NCBI GenBank assembly: GCA_001782825.1
Contig: MFPS01000003.1
Location: 44,353 to 108,352 of the forward strand
Direction of reading: 5' to 3'
Length of the DNA stretch: 64,000 nt
Source of the DNA: Candidatus Magasanikbacteria bacterium RIFCSPHIGHO2_01_FULL_33_34
GTDB lineage: Bacteria; Patescibacteriota; Patescibacteriia; Magasanikbacterales; UBA922
The notes beneath the pieces are model-generated. The model had not been told where the DNA came from. It saw nothing but the letters and a program-made list of their open reading frames with translations, and did not search any database. Position 1 is the stretch's first letter, and each line of letters opens with the position of its first letter. Below are positions 60,785 to 64,000 of the stretch, one piece after another. Position numbers and translations under genes: made by a program.

Positions 60785-61438
60785 ATGAAGCATTTAATAA
60801 TTTTATCAACTTTTTTTATTTTACTTGGGGCTGGTTGTTCTAAAACGGCTATTAATAATAATTTACAAGTAAAAGATGCCAATAAACTAAATAATCCAAT
60901 AATTGAAGAAAAAAATACTATGAGAAATTTAGCCCAACACAAAGATCTTGCATCAGAATACAGTAAGGCAGTATTAAAAACCAATAAAGGTGATATTACT
61001 ATTGAGTTTTTTGGTAATTTGTCTCCTTTGACAGTAAATAACTTTTTAAATTTGGCTGAAGAAGGTCTATATAATGGAACTAAATTTCACAGAGTTATCA
61101 AAGATTTTATGATTCAAAGTGGAGATCCAAATTCTAAAACTGATAATGTTATGATGTATGGTTCAGGTGGTCCAGGATATAAATTTGATGATGAATTCAA
61201 TAATGAAAGATTGGTAAGAGGAAATATTGCGATGGCAAATTCTGGTCCTAATACAAATGGTTCTCAGTTTTTTATTGTGACCGCAGAATCAACTCCATGG
61301 CTTGATGGAAAACACGTAAATTTTGGTAAGGTTATTGCAGGTATGGATGTGGTTGATGCGATTGAAAATGCACAAACAAATGGTCGTGATTTGCCGGTTG
61401 AGTCAATTATTATTGAGAGGGTTGAGTTAGTAAAATAA
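60785..61438 (+). CDS. Cyclophilin-type peptidyl-prolyl isomerase, predicted lipoprotein
   Basis: LLGAGC lipobox; FHRVIKDFMIQSGDP, MANSGPNTNGSQFFI, WLDGKH. Confidence 0.95.
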   Translation: MKHLIILSTFFILLGAGCSKTAINNNLQVKDANKLNNPIIEEKNTMRNLAQHKDLASEYSKAVLKTNKGDITIEFFGNLSPLTVNNFLNLAEEGLYNGTKFHRVIKDFMIQSGDPNSKTDNVMMYGSGGPGYKFDDEFNNERLVRGNIAMANSGPNTNGSQFFIVTAESTPWLDGKHVNFGKVIAGMDVVDAIENAQTNGRDLPVESIIIERVELVK

Positions 61439-61441
61439 TAT

Positions 61442-61861
61442 ATGCTAGAATTCAAAATTGTAACACCAGATGGAGTTATATATAACGACAAAGTTGAAAA
61501 AGTCACAGTACCAACTACTAGTGGCGAAATTACAATTTTACCAATGCATATGCCATTGGTGTCTATTTTGAAGGCTGGAGAGTTGGTAGCTTACAAAGAC
61601 GGCAATTCTGTGGCTATGTCTGTGGCTAGTGGTATAGTGGAAATTCAATCAAATAACAAGGTGTATATAATGGCCGACACTGCTGAAAGAGCAGAGCATA
61701 TTGATATTGAGAGAGCTGAGGTAGCTAGAAAGCGCGCAGAAGAACTAATGGCGCAAAAAGATATGTCTATGGATGTAGATTTTGCTAGGTTGCAAGCTAC
61801 AATTGAGAGAGAATTAGCTAGAATTAATGTAGGCAAAAAGTACAAAAAAATAAATAAATAA
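61442..61861 (+). CDS. atpC: ATP synthase F1 epsilon
   Basis: IVTPD, GEITILPMH.PL, C-terminal helices. Confidence 0.95.
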   Translation: MLEFKIVTPDGVIYNDKVEKVTVPTTSGEITILPMHMPLVSILKAGELVAYKDGNSVAMSVASGIVEIQSNNKVYIMADTAERAEHIDIERAEVARKRAEELMAQKDMSMDVDFARLQATIERELARINVGKKYKKINK

Positions 61862-61994
61862 AAACTTAGAAATAAGTTTTTATTTTTTATTAATAATATG
61901 ATTTATATTTATCCACTTTTGATAATTTTATAACTATTGTAAATTAAATCGCTTAGGTGTATAATTGTTCAATTAAAAGTTAAATAATAAAAAT

Positions 61995-62468
61995 ATGATA
62001 GCCCAAAATAAGGAGCATTTGATAAATAAGTACATGCAGACAAAGGTCAACACATTGAGTCCAGATGATACTTTTGCAGAGGCAATAAAGAAAATGCTTG
62101 AGGCAAAGACAAATGGTATGGTGGTGGTTAACAAGGATTTTAAAATTGAAGGTATATTGTCTTCATGGGATTTGATTCAGTATTTAGTACCAGATTATCT
62201 AGAAGAAGACAAGCATTTAGCAAGTTTTGAATCGGCTGATGTATTTGCTAAAAGAGCCTTAGAAATAAAAGATGAGCCAGTGAGCAAATTTATGACAAAA
62301 AGCGTTCACACTTGCAATTCTAGTGATTCGCTTATGGAGGCAGCTATTATATTATCTGAATTCAAGATTAGACAACTTCCAGTGGTTGATGAAAATAATA
62401 AATTGGTTGGCTATATAAACCGAACAGACATCAAAAGAGCTATCGGTGATGTACTAAATTTACAATAA
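61995..62468 (+). CDS. CBS-domain pair protein
   Basis: Two CBS motifs (GILS..D; LPVVD..LVGYI...D). Confidence 0.88.
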   Translation: MIAQNKEHLINKYMQTKVNTLSPDDTFAEAIKKMLEAKTNGMVVVNKDFKIEGILSSWDLIQYLVPDYLEEDKHLASFESADVFAKRALEIKDEPVSKFMTKSVHTCNSSDSLMEAAIILSEFKIRQLPVVDENNKLVGYINRTDIKRAIGDVLNLQ

Positions 62469-62474
62469 TTTTAT

Positions 62475-63749
62475 ATGGATAAACTATTTATATTAGCTAT
62501 AATCATTTTTTTAGCTACTTACGTAATCATAATTACAGAAAAGTATCACAGGACGATTATCGCCATGTTTGGCGCGTCATTGATGGTTTTGTTAGGTATT
62601 GTCAATCAAGAGAGAGCCATTGAAGGGGTTGATTTTAATACATTAGGGTTATTGATTGGTATGATGGTGATAGTGAGTATTGCCAAAGATTCTGGTATGT
62701 TTCAGTATGTGGCTATCAAGGCTGCAAAATTTGGACAAGGTGATCCAAAAAAGATTTTTATTCTTTTGGCGGGAATTGTGGCAGTATTTTCGGCATTACT
62801 AGATAACGTTACTACAGTATTATTGATGGTACCGGTTACATTAGTTGTTACAAATAATTTGAAAGTAAGGCCAAAGCCATTTTTGATTGCTACAATATTA
62901 CTTTCAAATATAGGTGGAGCAAGTACATTGATTGGTGATCCACCAAATATTATGATTGGTAGTGCAGTTGGTCTATCATTCAATGATTTTATCGTTAATT
63001 TGTTTCCAGTTACATTTATTATTGGTGTTGCTACTGTAGCTATATTAGCGTTTATTTACAGAAAAGAATTTGTATTCAATCAAGATGCCAAAGATGCAAT
63101 AATGAAATTTAAACCTAATGAAGCAATCACCAACAAAAAATTATTGTGGAAATCTTTATTAGTTTTGGGTATAGTGTTGCTTGGCTTTTTTACCCATGGA
63201 TCTACTCATTTAGAAGGTGCCACAATTGCATTGTTTGGAGCAGCGCTATTACTTTTGATGACTGTTCACGAGCCAGAGCACAATTTGCGAGAAGTTGAGT
63301 GGACTACCATATTTTTCTTTGTTGGTTTGTTTATATTAGTAACTGGTTTAGAAGAAGTGGGCGCATTGCATATGATGGCTGGCAAAATTATAGAAATGAC
63401 TCAAGGAAATGTGGTTTCAACAACTATGGTTGTATTATGGTTCTCTGCGATTTTTTCAGCTATTGTTGATAATATTCCATTTGTAGCAACGATGATTCCA
63501 CTTATCAAAGATATTGGATCAATAACTGGTATGGATTTGACACCATTATGGTGGGCACTTGCATTAGGTGCTGATATTGGTGGAAATGCTACAATTGTAG
63601 GCGCTTCAGCCAATGTGGTTGTGAGTGGTATAGCTGGTAGAGAAGGGCACAAGATTGGATTTGTAGAGTATCTAAAAATCGCTGTACCGATGACAACCAT
63701 TGCAATGGTTATTTGTACGGGTTATATTTATGTGAGGTATTTGATGTAA
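62475..63749 (+). CDS. ArsB/NhaD (P-protein-like) ion transporter
   Basis: SALLDNVTT, TLIGDPPN, VDNIPF, GGNATIVGASAN. Confidence 0.92.
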   Translation: MDKLFILAIIIFLATYVIIITEKYHRTIIAMFGASLMVLLGIVNQERAIEGVDFNTLGLLIGMMVIVSIAKDSGMFQYVAIKAAKFGQGDPKKIFILLAGIVAVFSALLDNVTTVLLMVPVTLVVTNNLKVRPKPFLIATILLSNIGGASTLIGDPPNIMIGSAVGLSFNDFIVNLFPVTFIIGVATVAILAFIYRKEFVFNQDAKDAIMKFKPNEAITNKKLLWKSLLVLGIVLLGFFTHGSTHLEGATIALFGAALLLLMTVHEPEHNLREVEWTTIFFFVGLFILVTGLEEVGALHMMAGKIIEMTQGNVVSTTMVVLWFSAIFSAIVDNIPFVATMIPLIKDIGSITGMDLTPLWWALALGADIGGNATIVGASANVVVSGIAGREGHKIGFVEYLKIAVPMTTIAMVICTGYIYVRYLM

Positions 63750-63924
63750 AAATTTTGCTTAGTAGATGATATTTTATTGGTTTGCATATATTATAAATAT
63801 ATAAATAAAGAACTCTTAATTTTAGGAGTTTTTTGTTTATTATAAGTATGAGATATTTTATATTTACAAGTATTGTTATATATAGTAAAATATAATAGAA
63901 TTATATAATTGTTAATATAAAATT

Positions 63925-64000
63925 ATGAAAAAAAGTAAAATTTTGCTGGTTTTGGTTATTGTATTTATCCTTGCTAGTATTGCAGTATTTTTTTTGTTTA
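63925..64000 (+). CDS. 5' end of exported/membrane protein (truncated)
   Basis: MKKSKILLVLVIVFILASIAVFFLF, open to window end. Confidence 0.6.
   Translation, partial: MKKSKILLVLVIVFILASIAVFFLF

Overview
AT-rich bacterial chromosomal window, mostly + strand, standard genetic code. Gene content and style suggest a Patescibacteria/CPR genome (Parcubacteria/ABY1-like; inference): short AlaRS and MetRS, RpoA without alpha-CTD, a stand-alone VirD4/VirB4-like ATPase, and an LGAGC lipoprotein. It carries a rhamnose/glycosyltransferase cluster, murA, ctpA, late riboflavin genes, era, rplI, pyrG, dnaG-rpoD, mnmA, alaS, the infA-rpmJ-rpsM-rpsK-rpsD-rpoA-rplQ-rplM-rpsI cluster, a flippase/GT/ligase locus, def-fmt, rsmI-metG, tatD and a full F-type ATP synthase operon with a cyclophilin inserted before atpC. 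The main finding is a dispersed, non-coding, strongly structured repeat family with 8 copies, all in the same orientation. Each copy is a long hairpin of about 105-200 nt topped by a conserved three-way junction with extensive compensatory changes, and three copies carry a second 20-nt palindrome inserted at exactly the same nucleotide. No mobilising enzyme is encoded in the window. A second theme is a set of self-contained orphan mini-genes (near-consensus sigma70 promoter, strong Shine-Dalgarno, small ORF, terminator), several missed by the ORF track. No rRNA, tRNA or CRISPR array was recognised.
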